DNA from: an uncultured Planctomycetota bacterium
Lineage (GTDB): Bacteria; Planctomycetota; Planctomycetia; Pirellulales; Lacipirellulaceae
NCBI GenBank assembly: GCA_963719315.1
Contig: CAVRBU010000011.1
Coordinates: 128,001 to 192,000, forward strand
Reading direction: 5' to 3'
Length of the DNA stretch: 64,000 nucleotides
Shown here: one piece after another, positions 10,213-20,460 of the stretch
Layout of the letters: each line of letters starts with the position of its first letter
Numbering within the stretch: position 1 is the stretch's first letter
Position numbers and translations under genes: made by a program
The notes under the pieces: generated by a model
The model's database searches: none
What the model was told of the DNA's origin: nothing
The model's input: the letters and a program-made list of their open reading frames with translations, nothing else

Positions 10213-11298
10213 ATGTCCTTCCGCCTCTGGACCATCTTCTATGTCTTCGCCCTCCTAGCCGCCGCCATGGCGACGTTCGGGCCGCTCGGAATTACAATAG
10301 CGGCCGTCGTCATCGTTTTCTGGTCTTACTGCTGGAAATATGGCTATCCCAAAATCAGAGTTTGGTACTGGGTTATAGCTTGCGCATTAGTCGTCATTGC
10401 TTGCGCGTCGTTGATCCCCGTCGTGCAATCGCCGCGTGGAATAGTATCCCGCGACCATCAATGAGCAAATAATCTGAAGCAAATCGCGCTCGCGATCTTG
10501 AATTATGAATCTGCGAACGGATCGTTGCCGCCGGCGTTCGTCGCAGACGCCAACGGCAAGCCGATGCACAGTTGGCGAGTTTTGATTCTCCCTTTCTTAG
10601 AAGAACCCTCGCTATTCAAGAAATACAACTTCAACGAGCCCTGGGATGGCCCGAACAATAGCAAGCTCGCGGACCAGGTTCCGGAAGTTTATCGTTGCCC
10701 TAGTCACTACGATGCCAAGCACGGCGATTCGGTGGAGACGAATTATTTTGTAGTGGACGGACCGGAAACTGCGTTTCCTGGCGGCGTTGGACGCCCATTC
10801 AGCAATGTGGCGGACGGCACCACAAACACAATTATGGTAATCGAGGCCAGCGGACTCGAACGAAATTGGATGGATCCGCGCAACGTCACTCTCGAAGAAG
10901 CAGTCGAGTTGCTCACAACTAAGCCGCGGTCAGGTCACATGACTGTGAGCAAAGGCTTCTTCACAACAACCTACAGCGATGCGTCATCACGCTTTGTAGC
11001 GTTTTGTGATAGTCACGTCGTTTTCATGGGCCAACTTGAGAATCCGCAAATCGCGAGAGCAATGTTGACCTGTGCCGGAAACGATTTGTCGCCCTCAGAC
11101 CGCGAGAATCAATTTCAGGAATTTATTGATAAGCAGGAGTATCGAAAACCCGTAACCATGACTTTCATCAAATGGGGTCGCATCTGGGGGCTCAGCGTCT
11201 TCATCTTCCTCTCACTCCTCCCCACAGTCTGGCTCCGCCGCCGCACCTCGCTAAACCATCCGCTTAATCCACCTGCACCGGCTGCAACGGCCGATTAA
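10213..11298 (+). CDS. DUF1559-domain membrane protein with in-frame TGA at 10462
   Basis: ...RDHQ*ANNLKQIALAILNYESANGSLPPA...HSWRVLILPFLE...DGTTNTIMVIE...FCDSHV. Confidence 0.8.
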
Positions 11299-11384
11299 TC
11301 CGCTCATCCAGCCCCGATTCGCCGCCGCGCAAGGGGTCTATTATACTTGGGCAGACCAAATAAGAATCATCCGCCCAGGCTCCT

Positions 11385-12881
11385 ATGCGCGTCCAACAAC
11401 TGCTCGAACACCACGGCATCGCCGTCAATCCGTTTGCGGAGGAGGACGCGCAGTCCGATCCGGTTTTCAAGGAGCGGTGTCGCGACCTCACGTACCACCC
11501 CGCCTGGGATAAGGTCTACGGCAACCCCTCCGACCCGGCCACCTCGATCGTCTTCGGCGAAAAAGGCTCCGGCAAAACGGCCATGCGGATGCAGATGGTC
11601 GGCCGCATCGCGCTCCACAACGCCAATCCGCAAAACGGCGGCCTGTTCGTCATCGAGTACGACGACTTCAACCCGTTCCTCGACCACTTCGCCGACCGGC
11701 TTAGCGCCCGCAAACAGCGCGACCCGGCCAAAGTGCTCGGCGAATTCAAACTGTGGGACCACATGGACGCGATCATGACGCTCGGCGTTACGAGCCTGGT
11801 CGATCGCTTGCTGGGCGTCCCGCAACCCACCGGCCCGGACGCCAACCAGGTGAGCCCCGACCGCCTCCGCTCGCTCGATCGGCACCAGAAGCGCGACCTG
11901 CTGTTGCTCGTCGCGTGTTACGACAACTCCACGCGCGAAAACGTCGTCTCCCGCTGGGGCCGACTCCGCCGCAAGCTCCGCTACCAAACGTGGAAATCGT
12001 GGTGGGACCGCGTGCTCGGCACGCTCGTTACCGTCGCAGTCATCGCCCTGCTTCTCTATTCGAAACAATGGGATTGGCTCAAAACGCCCTGGCCCTACGC
12101 GATCGTCGCCCTCGGCTGGTTGCCGTGGTTTGTGCGATTGTGGAAATGGTTCTGGGTCGCCCGGCGAATCGCCGGCAATGTCCGCGTGCTCAAGCCGCAC
12201 ATCGGCTCGCTCCGCCGACTGCTCATGCGATTCCCCAAGCGCGATATCGACGGCCAACCGCTGCCCGAAAATCAACGCACCGACGACCGCTTCGAACTGC
12301 TGGCCAAGTTGCAGGGCGTTCTGAAATCGCTCGGCTGCGAAGGGATCGTCGTCCTCGTCGATCGCGTGGATGAGCCGCACCTCATCACCGGCTCGGTCGA
12401 CCGCATGCGGGCGCTCGTCTGGTCGATGCTCGACAACAAGTTTCTGAAACAGCCCGGCGTCGGCCTCAAGCTGCTGCTGCCGCGCGAGCTGGCCGATTTC
12501 ATGCAGCGCGAAGACCGCGACTTCTACCAGCGCGCCCGGCTCGACAAGCAAAATATGGTCCCGTCGCTCGAATGGACCGGCCAGGCCCTGTACGACCTGG
12601 CCAACGCCCGCATCCGCAGTTGCGGCGCCGGCGGCAAACAACCGACGCTCCGCTCGCTGCTCGACGACTCGATCACCAACGAACGCCTGATCGACGCCTT
12701 CCGCGCCCTCCGCGTGCCGCGGCACCTCTTCAAGTTCCTCTACCGCCTCCTCGTGGCCCACTGCAACGCCCACACCGACGACAAACCGGAGTGGGAGATC
12801 TCGAAGGAAACCTTCGAAGCCACGCTCGCCGTCTACAGCCGCGACCAAGACGCGGTGGACCGCGGGCTGCAGGCCGGTTGA
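11385..12881 (+). CDS. P-loop NTPase with two inserted TM helices (KAP-like architecture)
   Basis: Walker A GEKGSGKT, Walker B IVVLVDRVDE, hydrophobic hairpin between them. Confidence 0.75.
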   Translation: MRVQQLLEHHGIAVNPFAEEDAQSDPVFKERCRDLTYHPAWDKVYGNPSDPATSIVFGEKGSGKTAMRMQMVGRIALHNANPQNGGLFVIEYDDFNPFLDHFADRLSARKQRDPAKVLGEFKLWDHMDAIMTLGVTSLVDRLLGVPQPTGPDANQVSPDRLRSLDRHQKRDLLLLVACYDNSTRENVVSRWGRLRRKLRYQTWKSWWDRVLGTLVTVAVIALLLYSKQWDWLKTPWPYAIVALGWLPWFVRLWKWFWVARRIAGNVRVLKPHIGSLRRLLMRFPKRDIDGQPLPENQRTDDRFELLAKLQGVLKSLGCEGIVVLVDRVDEPHLITGSVDRMRALVWSMLDNKFLKQPGVGLKLLLPRELADFMQREDRDFYQRARLDKQNMVPSLEWTGQALYDLANARIRSCGAGGKQPTLRSLLDDSITNERLIDAFRALRVPRHLFKFLYRLLVAHCNAHTDDKPEWEISKETFEATLAVYSRDQDAVDRGLQAG

Positions 12882-13024
12882 CGCTACATTTTCGGCTTCC
12901 GCCACCTCTATCGCTGGAAGGTCGATTCACGGCCGATTACGCGCCCAGTACAATCGATCCACGTATATTCGCGATGCGCAGTACCGAACTGGATTTACAA
13001 CCAACACGATAGGAGGGTTGAGTT

Positions 13025-13978
13025 ATGCCACTCAATCGCCGTCAGTTTTGCAGCCAAGCGGTTGCCGCGACAGCCGCCGTTTCACTTTCGAGCGGCTCGA
13101 TTTGCGGGGAGCCAGTCGTCGAACCGCCCGCCGGCCGCGGAAATCCAATCGCCGTCTCCACGTATTCCTTTTGGCGCTTCAAGGACGACTCAAAACTCTC
13201 CATTGAAAAATGCATCGAGGAGTCCGCCCGGATCGGCTTCGATGCCGTCGAAATCCTCCACATGCAAATGGACAACGAGGAGCCGGCCCACCTGCAGCGC
13301 CTCAAGCAGCTTGCGTTCGTCAACGGGCTTAGCCTTTGCGGGCTGAGCACGCATCAAGGTTTCCTGTCGCCGGACCCGGAAGTGCGGCAAAAGAATATCG
13401 ATCACACCATTCGCGCCATCGAACTCGCCTACCAACTTGGAATACCAACGATGCGTGTGAACACGGGCCGCTGGGGAACGTCCAAGGACTTCGACGACCT
13501 CATGGCTCATCGCGGCATCGAGCCGCGACTCCCCGGCTTTACCGACGAAGACGGCTTCAAGTGGGTTATCGATTCGTTTGAGAAGTGCATTCCAGCCGCC
13601 GAGCGCTGCGGCGTCACGATGGGACTCGAGAACCACTGGGGTTTGGGCCGTACGCCCGAAGGCGTCCTCAAGATCATCCGGGCCGTCAACTCACCGTGGC
13701 TGCGGTGCACGCTCGATACGGGCAACTTCCTGGAAGATCCCTACGTCAAGCTCGAGCAACTGGCGCCGGAAGCTGTTTTTGTGCAAGCCAAGACCTACTA
13801 CGGCGGCGGCCTGTGGTACACGCTCGAACTCGATTACCCGCGGATCGCAACCATGCTCCACAAGCATCACTACCGCGGCTACATCTCGCTCGAATTCGAA
13901 GGCAACGAAGACTGGAAAACGGCACTCCCCAAAAGCTTAGCGCTGCTCCGCCAAGCATTCCAGGCGACGCCGGCGTGA
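13025..13978 (+). CDS. Tat-exported sugar phosphate isomerase/epimerase (TIM barrel)
   Basis: NRRQFC twin-arginine signal; GFDAVE, GLENHWG, LDTGNF, SLEFEG. Confidence 0.9.
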   Translation: MPLNRRQFCSQAVAATAAVSLSSGSICGEPVVEPPAGRGNPIAVSTYSFWRFKDDSKLSIEKCIEESARIGFDAVEILHMQMDNEEPAHLQRLKQLAFVNGLSLCGLSTHQGFLSPDPEVRQKNIDHTIRAIELAYQLGIPTMRVNTGRWGTSKDFDDLMAHRGIEPRLPGFTDEDGFKWVIDSFEKCIPAAERCGVTMGLENHWGLGRTPEGVLKIIRAVNSPWLRCTLDTGNFLEDPYVKLEQLAPEAVFVQAKTYYGGGLWYTLELDYPRIATMLHKHHYRGYISLEFEGNEDWKTALPKSLALLRQAFQATPA

Positions 13979-14050
13979 CATGCGTTCCCCGCGAGTCAAG
14001 AAAACTGTTCCTGGCACCTTCGTCCCTGCCTGGGACCTTCGTCTCTGACA

Positions 14051-14180
14051 CAAGTCGAAACCGCCGCCAAGGCCCGCACGTCGCTGGCTGCTCCTACCAC
14101 AGCCAATGCCGCGACCTCCGCGCCCTCGCCCTCTCCCACAACCGCATGATCCTCGTGCTCGTACAGGTTTTTTACAGAGC
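14051..14180 (+). pseudogene. 3' remnant of an IS4/IS5-like DDE transposase
   Basis: QVET.. then RRQG...SYHSQCRDLRALALSHNRMIL...VFYRA, resembling a transposase C-terminus. Preceded by short cctgg(c/g)accttcgtc repeats (14010-14043). Confidence 0.5.
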
Positions 14181-14235
14181 CGGGCATTCTGGTTTTCAGA
14201 ACAAGCAGAATATCCCTGTTCGTTCCTCTACGGTG

Positions 14236-15027
14236 TCAGTTTCGCCGGCGCGATTTCACCAGAGCGAACACCGCTGCAGCCATCGCTACCAATAAGCAAC
14301 TACTCGGTTCGGGGATCGGCATGATGCTTGAGTCGTCCAACGGGAGTAATTCGTATGTGACACCGGCTACGCCGGGCAACGGGTTCGCAGCATCAAACTG
14401 ACTGAATATACCGGCCAGGTTGACCTGACCTGTCGGAATCAAATCGCCGATTAGCGAGATATTAGTCGTTTGAATGCGAACAAGGACGTCTTGGACGCCG
14501 TCGGTCGCTGTATAGTTCGTGGCGCCCGCAAACGTCTGCCCCGGCGCCAGACCCGTAAAATGGACATTGGCGAGTGAAACGAGCTTGTTTTCCAGGTTCT
14601 CGGCAGTGGGGCTGAAGTCCTGATAGTCGGCGACTGTGGTGACGGTTGGTGTCGGTACGCCGACGCCTGCCGTTACGAGCGATGTCGCCAAAGACGGCTG
14701 CTGCAACTGAAAGAGCCCGTTGAACGAAGCGGTAGTCCCGCTCACATTGATTTGATCGCCGGCGGACAAACCGGCCAGCAGTGTGGCGATATCGGCATTC
14801 ACGCCAAATATACTGGCCCCACCCGTGCCATCTTGCACATTAAAACTCGCTGAGTTTACGCTGTTAATAAGATCGATGGTCGTTGAGATTACTACATTAT
14901 TGAGAGTGACCGCGGTGCCCAAAGGCAATGCTTTGGCTGCGGCAATTGTGCTTGCCCAGGTGCGTTCACCGGCGAAAAGCCCACAGGTGAGAATTAACAT
15001 GAGGCGAAGACATAGCTGTGGTTTCAT
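14236..15027 (-). CDS. PEP-CTERM surface protein with OB-fold-like repeats
   Basis: Signal peptide; VQDGTGG..GDQINVSG motif; C-terminal IPEPSS + TM + KSRRRN. Confidence 0.9.
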   Translation of the reverse strand: MKPQLCLRLMLILTCGLFAGERTWASTIAAAKALPLGTAVTLNNVVISTTIDLINSVNSASFNVQDGTGGASIFGVNADIATLLAGLSAGDQINVSGTTASFNGLFQLQQPSLATSLVTAGVGVPTPTVTTVADYQDFSPTAENLENKLVSLANVHFTGLAPGQTFAGATNYTATDGVQDVLVRIQTTNISLIGDLIPTGQVNLAGIFSQFDAANPLPGVAGVTYELLPLDDSSIMPIPEPSSCLLVAMAAAVFALVKSRRRN

Positions 15028-15308
15028 CGAGTCCCTTTCACATCTGAAGACTTTTTCGCTTTGCAGAAACGCTACGGAACACGGGACGTGCTTACATTCG
15101 CAAAAGCAACACGGAAAGTTGGTGTAACATCTCAAATGCGCCCCGATCCTAGGTAATTTCAAATGCCGCAACCGAGCGACGCGTCCGGAATCGCCGGGTC
15201 AGAGTGCGGGCCTGCGTGAACACCGCCCCCTAAGAGTCCAAGGCGGAATCGCCCCGCCGGCATGACGCGCGATTTGCGAAGATATTTTGGCGCGTGGGCG
15301 GGGCGGGG

Positions 15309-18300
15309 CTATTTCGGTGCGGCGGATGGAACCGAATCGCGCGGTTCGCCGGCTCGTGACACGTCAGAAGGTGAAGCAGCGGTGGCAGTTGCGCGTGCGG
15401 GAGGGCCGCTCTTCGTGGCCGGCTCGGCGGCGAGTAGTCCTTCCACTTCGCGTCGGAGTGTTTCTTCGTAGACATCGCTATCCCAGCGATATGTGCGCGA
15501 ACGCGTTCGGCGAGTGCCCGCCTGGTACGCACTCATCGCTTGGGCCCTGTTGCCAAGTTTGAGCCAAACCATCGCCCGGACGTACCAAACCAGCGGCTCC
15601 GGGCCGAGCGAGGCAGGTGGACTCGCGGAATCGAGAACGTCGCGAGGCGTCTTGCCGGTCCGCAGCTCGTAAAGCCGAGCACGAATGGGTGATTCGGGGT
15701 CATCCCGTGCGTTTGCACCCACGAGGGCACCAAGCTGCGCGAGTTTTTTGTCGTCGTGGGGCGTCACGAGCCACGTCCTCAAGGTCCAGTCTAAATCGTT
15801 GTAGCTTGCATTGGCGCTGAAGCGACGCAGCAGCTCGTCACAAGCCCGCTGGTAACTTTCGGTTCGGCCGGCGGCAAGGCTCGCCATCGCCAGCCAATGC
15901 CAGTGCATCACGTCATCCGGTGCGAGGGTGGTCACGCGGTCGAAGGCATGGATGGCCGCGGGCCAGTCGCCGCGCTGGGCCGCGCGATGACCGGCCAGCA
16001 TCGGCTCCCAATAAAGCAGGAACTCCCGCGCCTGACGGATCGCCGCGGTGCGGACCGCATCGTTAATAGTCTTGTCGGCCTCGATTGCGCTCACGAGCGA
16101 TTCGCGCGTCGAAGTGCGGGCCGCCAAATGTTTTACTAGCGCGGCGGCTTCGCGAGTCGTGGACCAGTCGGCGTGAGAGAGGGACCATCCCCGAGCAGAT
16201 GGTGCCCGTCCTATTTTTCCTCGCGACCATCCGGCGGATGGTGCACGCGGAGAAATTGGGGCAGTCCCCGTCTGTTCGTCGTTTGGGGCGTGCCAGATTT
16301 GGACAAAACCATCGTAGCCGGCGGAGGCCAGATGCTGGTCGTCGGGGCTGAAGGCAATGTCACGGACCCAGTCGGTGTGGCCGACCAAAGACTGGAGTTC
16401 CAGGCCGGTTGCGACGTCCCAGATCTTGACGGTCTGGTCGGTGCTGCAGGAGGCGAGCCGTTTTCCATCGGTAGTAAAGGCCAGTCCGTAGGGCGTACCG
16501 CCGTGACCAGTGAGCGTGCGCAGTTGCCGGCCCGTTGCCGCGTCCCACAGCCGAATCGTGTGGTCGTTCGACGCCGAGGCAATCAGGGTTCCTTGCGGGT
16601 CGAACACGGCATTGACTGCGGGCGCGGTATGGCCCAGCAGTTCGCGGACCAGCGACTGCGTCGCTGTTTTCCAGACGCGGATGGTCGGGTCTCCGTCGGC
16701 AGTGACCAGTAAACTTCCGTCGTTATTAAACGCGATGCTGCCGTGCGGGCCTGGGGGCAAGGACCAGGTCGCCAGGAGCCGACCGCTACTCGCTTCCACA
16801 AGCCAATAGGTGCCGCCGCTCGATCGGACTGCGATGCGATCTCCTTGCCGCGCCCAGTCAACGGCGACCAGAGGGCCTGGGTCCAAAGCCAGATCGAGCG
16901 TTACTCGACTCGTCTCGACGTTCCAAATGCGGAGGTGACCACTGTCTTCGGCAGCAGCGAGGTACTTGCCGTCGGGGCTATATCTTAAACCGCTGACGGT
17001 CCACGCAATGGACCGAAATACGCGGAGGGATTGGCCCGTCTTGGTATTCCATAGGATAATGGTGCTATCGTCCGCGCCGGCAGAGGCAAGAACGCTTCCG
17101 TCGGGACTAAACGCGACGGTTCGGACATGCCTGAGATGACCGTCCAAACGATCGTGATCGGCCGCCTGCGCGGCGTCCCATAGCCGCACGCTGCCGTCTT
17201 CACTGGCCGAGAGGAGTCGCCATCCGTCGGGGCAGAAAACCGCGGAGGTGACGAGCGCGGTGTGGCCCAGCAGTTCGATTGCGTTTTGCGGCTGCTCGAT
17301 TTCCCAAACCTTGAGCGGCTCATTGCGGACGGCGGCCGCGAGCCGGCGACCGTCGGGACTAAAGTCGACGCAATGCGCGGCTTCTTTCAATGGACCGAAC
17401 GTGGCCAGATTGCGCCGCGAATTGGCGTCCCAGAGTTTGACGGCGCGGTCGGCGCCGGCCGTTGCAAGGCGCGTACCGTCGGGCGACCAAGCCACGTCAT
17501 GCACCACATCGTTGTGCGCACGAATCGTCGCCGTGTTCGTCCAGGTTCCATGCTTATCAGTCTGACACAAGCGGACACAACCATCGCGCCCAGCCATCGC
17601 CAGTCGGGATGCGTTGGGTGCAAACGCGAGGCTCTCGACTGGTCCCAGATCGAGCGACTGTAGCAGCATAAATCTGGTTGCGTCCCAAAGATTCACTTTG
17701 GCTTCGTCATTGCCACCGGTCGCAATCAAACGTCCGTCGGCACTAAACGCTACGGTGGTCAGCGGCCGCTGGTGAGCGTTCGTGGCAATGGTCGCTTCGC
17801 CTGTTGCAGGTTTCTCGGAGGCATCGACAGGCGAGCCGCCGGTCGCTACAAGTGTCGCCAGCCGTTCACCGGTGACAGTGTCCCAAAACAGGCCGACAGC
17901 GTCGTCGCCCACGCTCGCCAATTTTTGTCCGTCCGGGGCAAAGGCCAGGTCGCGGACAGCGGCTGTATGGCCGGAGAGTTTGTGGAGCACTTTCCCTGTG
18001 GCCGTTTCCCAGAGCCACACCGAGCGGTCGGCGCCGGCTGCCGCCACAGTTCGCCCGTCGGGGCTGAAGACTGCGGAATACTCAGCGCCTTGGGGACCAT
18101 TGAAGCGGCGTAACTCGGCGTGGCATTGATGCCACAGATGGCGCCATTCCCAGGCGGGAGTCTCGGAAGTGGAGTCAGCGCCCATCCCCTCACCCCTCCC
18201 CGGAGTACCGGGGAGGGGAAATTGCGGCCGATGGAGTTCGAGCAGACGGACCGCACTGGCTGCGGCGCCGGAGCGCAGGTGTTGCTGTGCGAGGTTCATG

Positions 18301-19544
18301 TCGGCGGCATAGAGATTGGCGAGCGCCTGTTGTTCACGCTGGCCTGCTTGCTGGGCATAGTGCAGTGAGAAAGCAGTGCCGGCGATCAATACCAGTGCGA
18401 TGCCGACCGCGAGCGTGCCAACGACCGGATTGCGGACGAACCACCGCCGGCCGTGTTCAATCCGCGAGATGGGCCGCGCATGAAGTGGCTCGCCCGCCAG
18501 GTGCCGTTGTAAGTCGCCGGCCAGCTCGCCGGCCGATGGATAGCGAATGGTGGGCGACTTCTCCAAGCATTTGAGGCAAATCGTTTCCAGATCCCGCGGC
18601 ACGTCGCGCTTGATCTGCCGAGGTCGGACTGGTTCAACGGTGCAAATCTTGTGGAGCGTGTCGGAGACGGATGCGGACTGAAAGGGCGGCCGACCGACGA
18701 GCATGGCGTACAGCACCGCCCCGAGGGCATAGATGTCGGCCAGCGGACCAACGAGCGTATGGCGGCCATTTACTTGTTCCGGCGCCATGTAGTTGGGCGT
18801 GCCCAGTAGGTCACCGGTCACCGTGATGCTGAGCTGCTCTTCGCCCAAACGACGGGCCAAACCAAAATCGGCCACGTAGGGAATTTGATGTTCGTCGAGC
18901 AGGACATTGGCCGGCTTGAGATCGCGGTGAATGACTCCGTGGGAGTGCGCGGCGGCGACCGCTTCGGCGACGGCCAGCAGCAGGCGTGCGGCAACCTTTG
19001 GGTCGAGCGGACCCTTGGCAATCTGCTCCGCGAGATTGGCGCCTTCGATCAAAGGCATCGTGTAGAACAACCGTCCCTGATGCTCGCCGACATGGTAAAT
19101 GGGTACGATGCCCGGATGCCGAAGGGCGGCGGCCGTACTGGATTCATTGCGGAAACGCTGCACTTCGGCGGACGACAAGAAACTTCCGTGGAGCAGCATT
19201 TTAAGCGCGAGGCAACGGCCGGTGGACCGCTCTTGGGCGCGATACACAATTCCCATTCCGCCACGCCCGATCTCGCCCAATAGTTCGTAATCGCCAAATT
19301 CGCGAGGCGTCCCGGTTCCTGCCGCGGAAGGTGTATTCGAGGCAGCCTTCGACAGCCGCTCAATCAGATCGACGTCGGCGAAATAGTCTCGCAGCGCTGC
19401 GGTATGCTCGGGGTGTTCCGCCAGGAATGACTCGTGACTAACCGTTTCACCCCGGTCGATGCGTGTGAGGTACTCCGCCAGGACGGATGCCCAAGCATCC
19501 GCAGCCTGTTGATCGAATTCATCGCGCACGATCAGCCTCCGCAA
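15309..19544 (-). CDS. Ser/Thr protein kinase with WD40 repeats and TPR-like C-terminus
   Basis: GRGGMG, ALK, HRDLKPAN, DFG, GTPNYMAPE, TM segment, many GH...WD repeats. Confidence 0.95.
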   Translation of the reverse strand: MRRLIVRDEFDQQAADAWASVLAEYLTRIDRGETVSHESFLAEHPEHTAALRDYFADVDLIERLSKAASNTPSAAGTGTPREFGDYELLGEIGRGGMGIVYRAQERSTGRCLALKMLLHGSFLSSAEVQRFRNESSTAAALRHPGIVPIYHVGEHQGRLFYTMPLIEGANLAEQIAKGPLDPKVAARLLLAVAEAVAAAHSHGVIHRDLKPANVLLDEHQIPYVADFGLARRLGEEQLSITVTGDLLGTPNYMAPEQVNGRHTLVGPLADIYALGAVLYAMLVGRPPFQSASVSDTLHKICTVEPVRPRQIKRDVPRDLETICLKCLEKSPTIRYPSAGELAGDLQRHLAGEPLHARPISRIEHGRRWFVRNPVVGTLAVGIALVLIAGTAFSLHYAQQAGQREQQALANLYAADMNLAQQHLRSGAAASAVRLLELHRPQFPLPGTPGRGEGMGADSTSETPAWEWRHLWHQCHAELRRFNGPQGAEYSAVFSPDGRTVAAAGADRSVWLWETATGKVLHKLSGHTAAVRDLAFAPDGQKLASVGDDAVGLFWDTVTGERLATLVATGGSPVDASEKPATGEATIATNAHQRPLTTVAFSADGRLIATGGNDEAKVNLWDATRFMLLQSLDLGPVESLAFAPNASRLAMAGRDGCVRLCQTDKHGTWTNTATIRAHNDVVHDVAWSPDGTRLATAGADRAVKLWDANSRRNLATFGPLKEAAHCVDFSPDGRRLAAAVRNEPLKVWEIEQPQNAIELLGHTALVTSAVFCPDGWRLLSASEDGSVRLWDAAQAADHDRLDGHLRHVRTVAFSPDGSVLASAGADDSTIILWNTKTGQSLRVFRSIAWTVSGLRYSPDGKYLAAAEDSGHLRIWNVETSRVTLDLALDPGPLVAVDWARQGDRIAVRSSGGTYWLVEASSGRLLATWSLPPGPHGSIAFNNDGSLLVTADGDPTIRVWKTATQSLVRELLGHTAPAVNAVFDPQGTLIASASNDHTIRLWDAATGRQLRTLTGHGGTPYGLAFTTDGKRLASCSTDQTVKIWDVATGLELQSLVGHTDWVRDIAFSPDDQHLASAGYDGFVQIWHAPNDEQTGTAPISPRAPSAGWSRGKIGRAPSARGWSLSHADWSTTREAAALVKHLAARTSTRESLVSAIEADKTINDAVRTAAIRQAREFLLYWEPMLAGHRAAQRGDWPAAIHAFDRVTTLAPDDVMHWHWLAMASLAAGRTESYQRACDELLRRFSANASYNDLDWTLRTWLVTPHDDKKLAQLGALVGANARDDPESPIRARLYELRTGKTPRDVLDSASPPASLGPEPLVWYVRAMVWLKLGNRAQAMSAYQAGTRRTRSRTYRWDSDVYEETLRREVEGLLAAEPATKSGPPARATATAASPSDVSRAGEPRDSVPSAAPK

Positions 19545-19545
19545 A

Positions 19546-20190
19546 CTAATCGAGATTCTGCAGTGCAGCGCGCAATGCTCGCAATCCCCGCGCGATCACC
19601 GCTGCGGCCGCAGGCACGGTGCAGTCCAATTCGGCCGCGATGTCGGCCAACGGCCATCCTTCGAGGTGCCGCAGACGCACGGCATCACGTTGTCTCGGTG
19701 GCAATCTCTCGAGCGCAGTACGAAGCCGCTCCTGCACCTCACGGCGTGCAACGACCATGCTAGGCGATGTCTGATCGGCTTCGCACACCCCATCCCAGCC
19801 TGAGCTTCGAGAGGAGTCGTCCAAACGGTACTCAGCCTTTACTGTCCTTCGTCGAGCCAGCACATGCTGGCGCACAGCATCACTCACGTTGTGGTTCATT
19901 ATTGCAGCTAACCACGCAAAGAGTTCGGGCAAGGAGCTGCCGCGAAATCCGTCAAAGGTGGCATTGGCCTCGGCCAGTGATTGTTGCACCATGTCGGAAG
20001 CGTCCGTGCGGGCAGATACTTCGGCAGGTAGAACCGACGCCGCCAAGTCGCGAAGTCGTCGCCGAAAAGTGACTGCCACAGTGTGCCACGCCTCAGGATC
20101 CGCCTGTCGAAGCCGGCTCAGCAGCGCTGCTTCCTCAAATTTGGGCTCGCGCAACGATCCCTGAGATGACATGCGTAGTGCTCCGCTCAA
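19546..20190 (-). CDS. ECF sigma-70 factor (planctomycete kinase-associated type)
   Basis: DASDMVQQS, FRGSS..ELFAWL, TSPS, LERLP..QRDAVRLRHLEG. Directly upstream of the kinase. Confidence 0.9.
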   Translation of the reverse strand: MSGALRMSSQGSLREPKFEEAALLSRLRQADPEAWHTVAVTFRRRLRDLAASVLPAEVSARTDASDMVQQSLAEANATFDGFRGSSLPELFAWLAAIMNHNVSDAVRQHVLARRRTVKAEYRLDDSSRSSGWDGVCEADQTSPSMVVARREVQERLRTALERLPPRQRDAVRLRHLEGWPLADIAAELDCTVPAAAAVIARGLRALRAALQNLD

Positions 20191-20460
20191 CTTGACTCAG
20201 AATTTCGAGAATTCTTTGAACGAATATTCTCCATCCGACCAATCCCAGGAATCGTATGCCCCATTCTATCGTTTCCGTTTCGAGCGTGTTCGTTGTCGGC
20301 AAGATTTTCGTGTATTTTTCCGCGCCTGCCTGAGTATTTGACGGTTCAAGCACACGAGCAAGTTCGATTTGGCGACGCTCACAAACGAGGACGCGACAAA
20401 AGTCGGGTCATTGACGTACTTGATAAAATCGAAACAACCGCTTGACACGAACCATTCCCA

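Noticed and set aside
15262..15315. MTRDLRRYFGAWAGRGYF as a second RT/maturase remnant
   Set aside because: Too short and weak to distinguish from chance.
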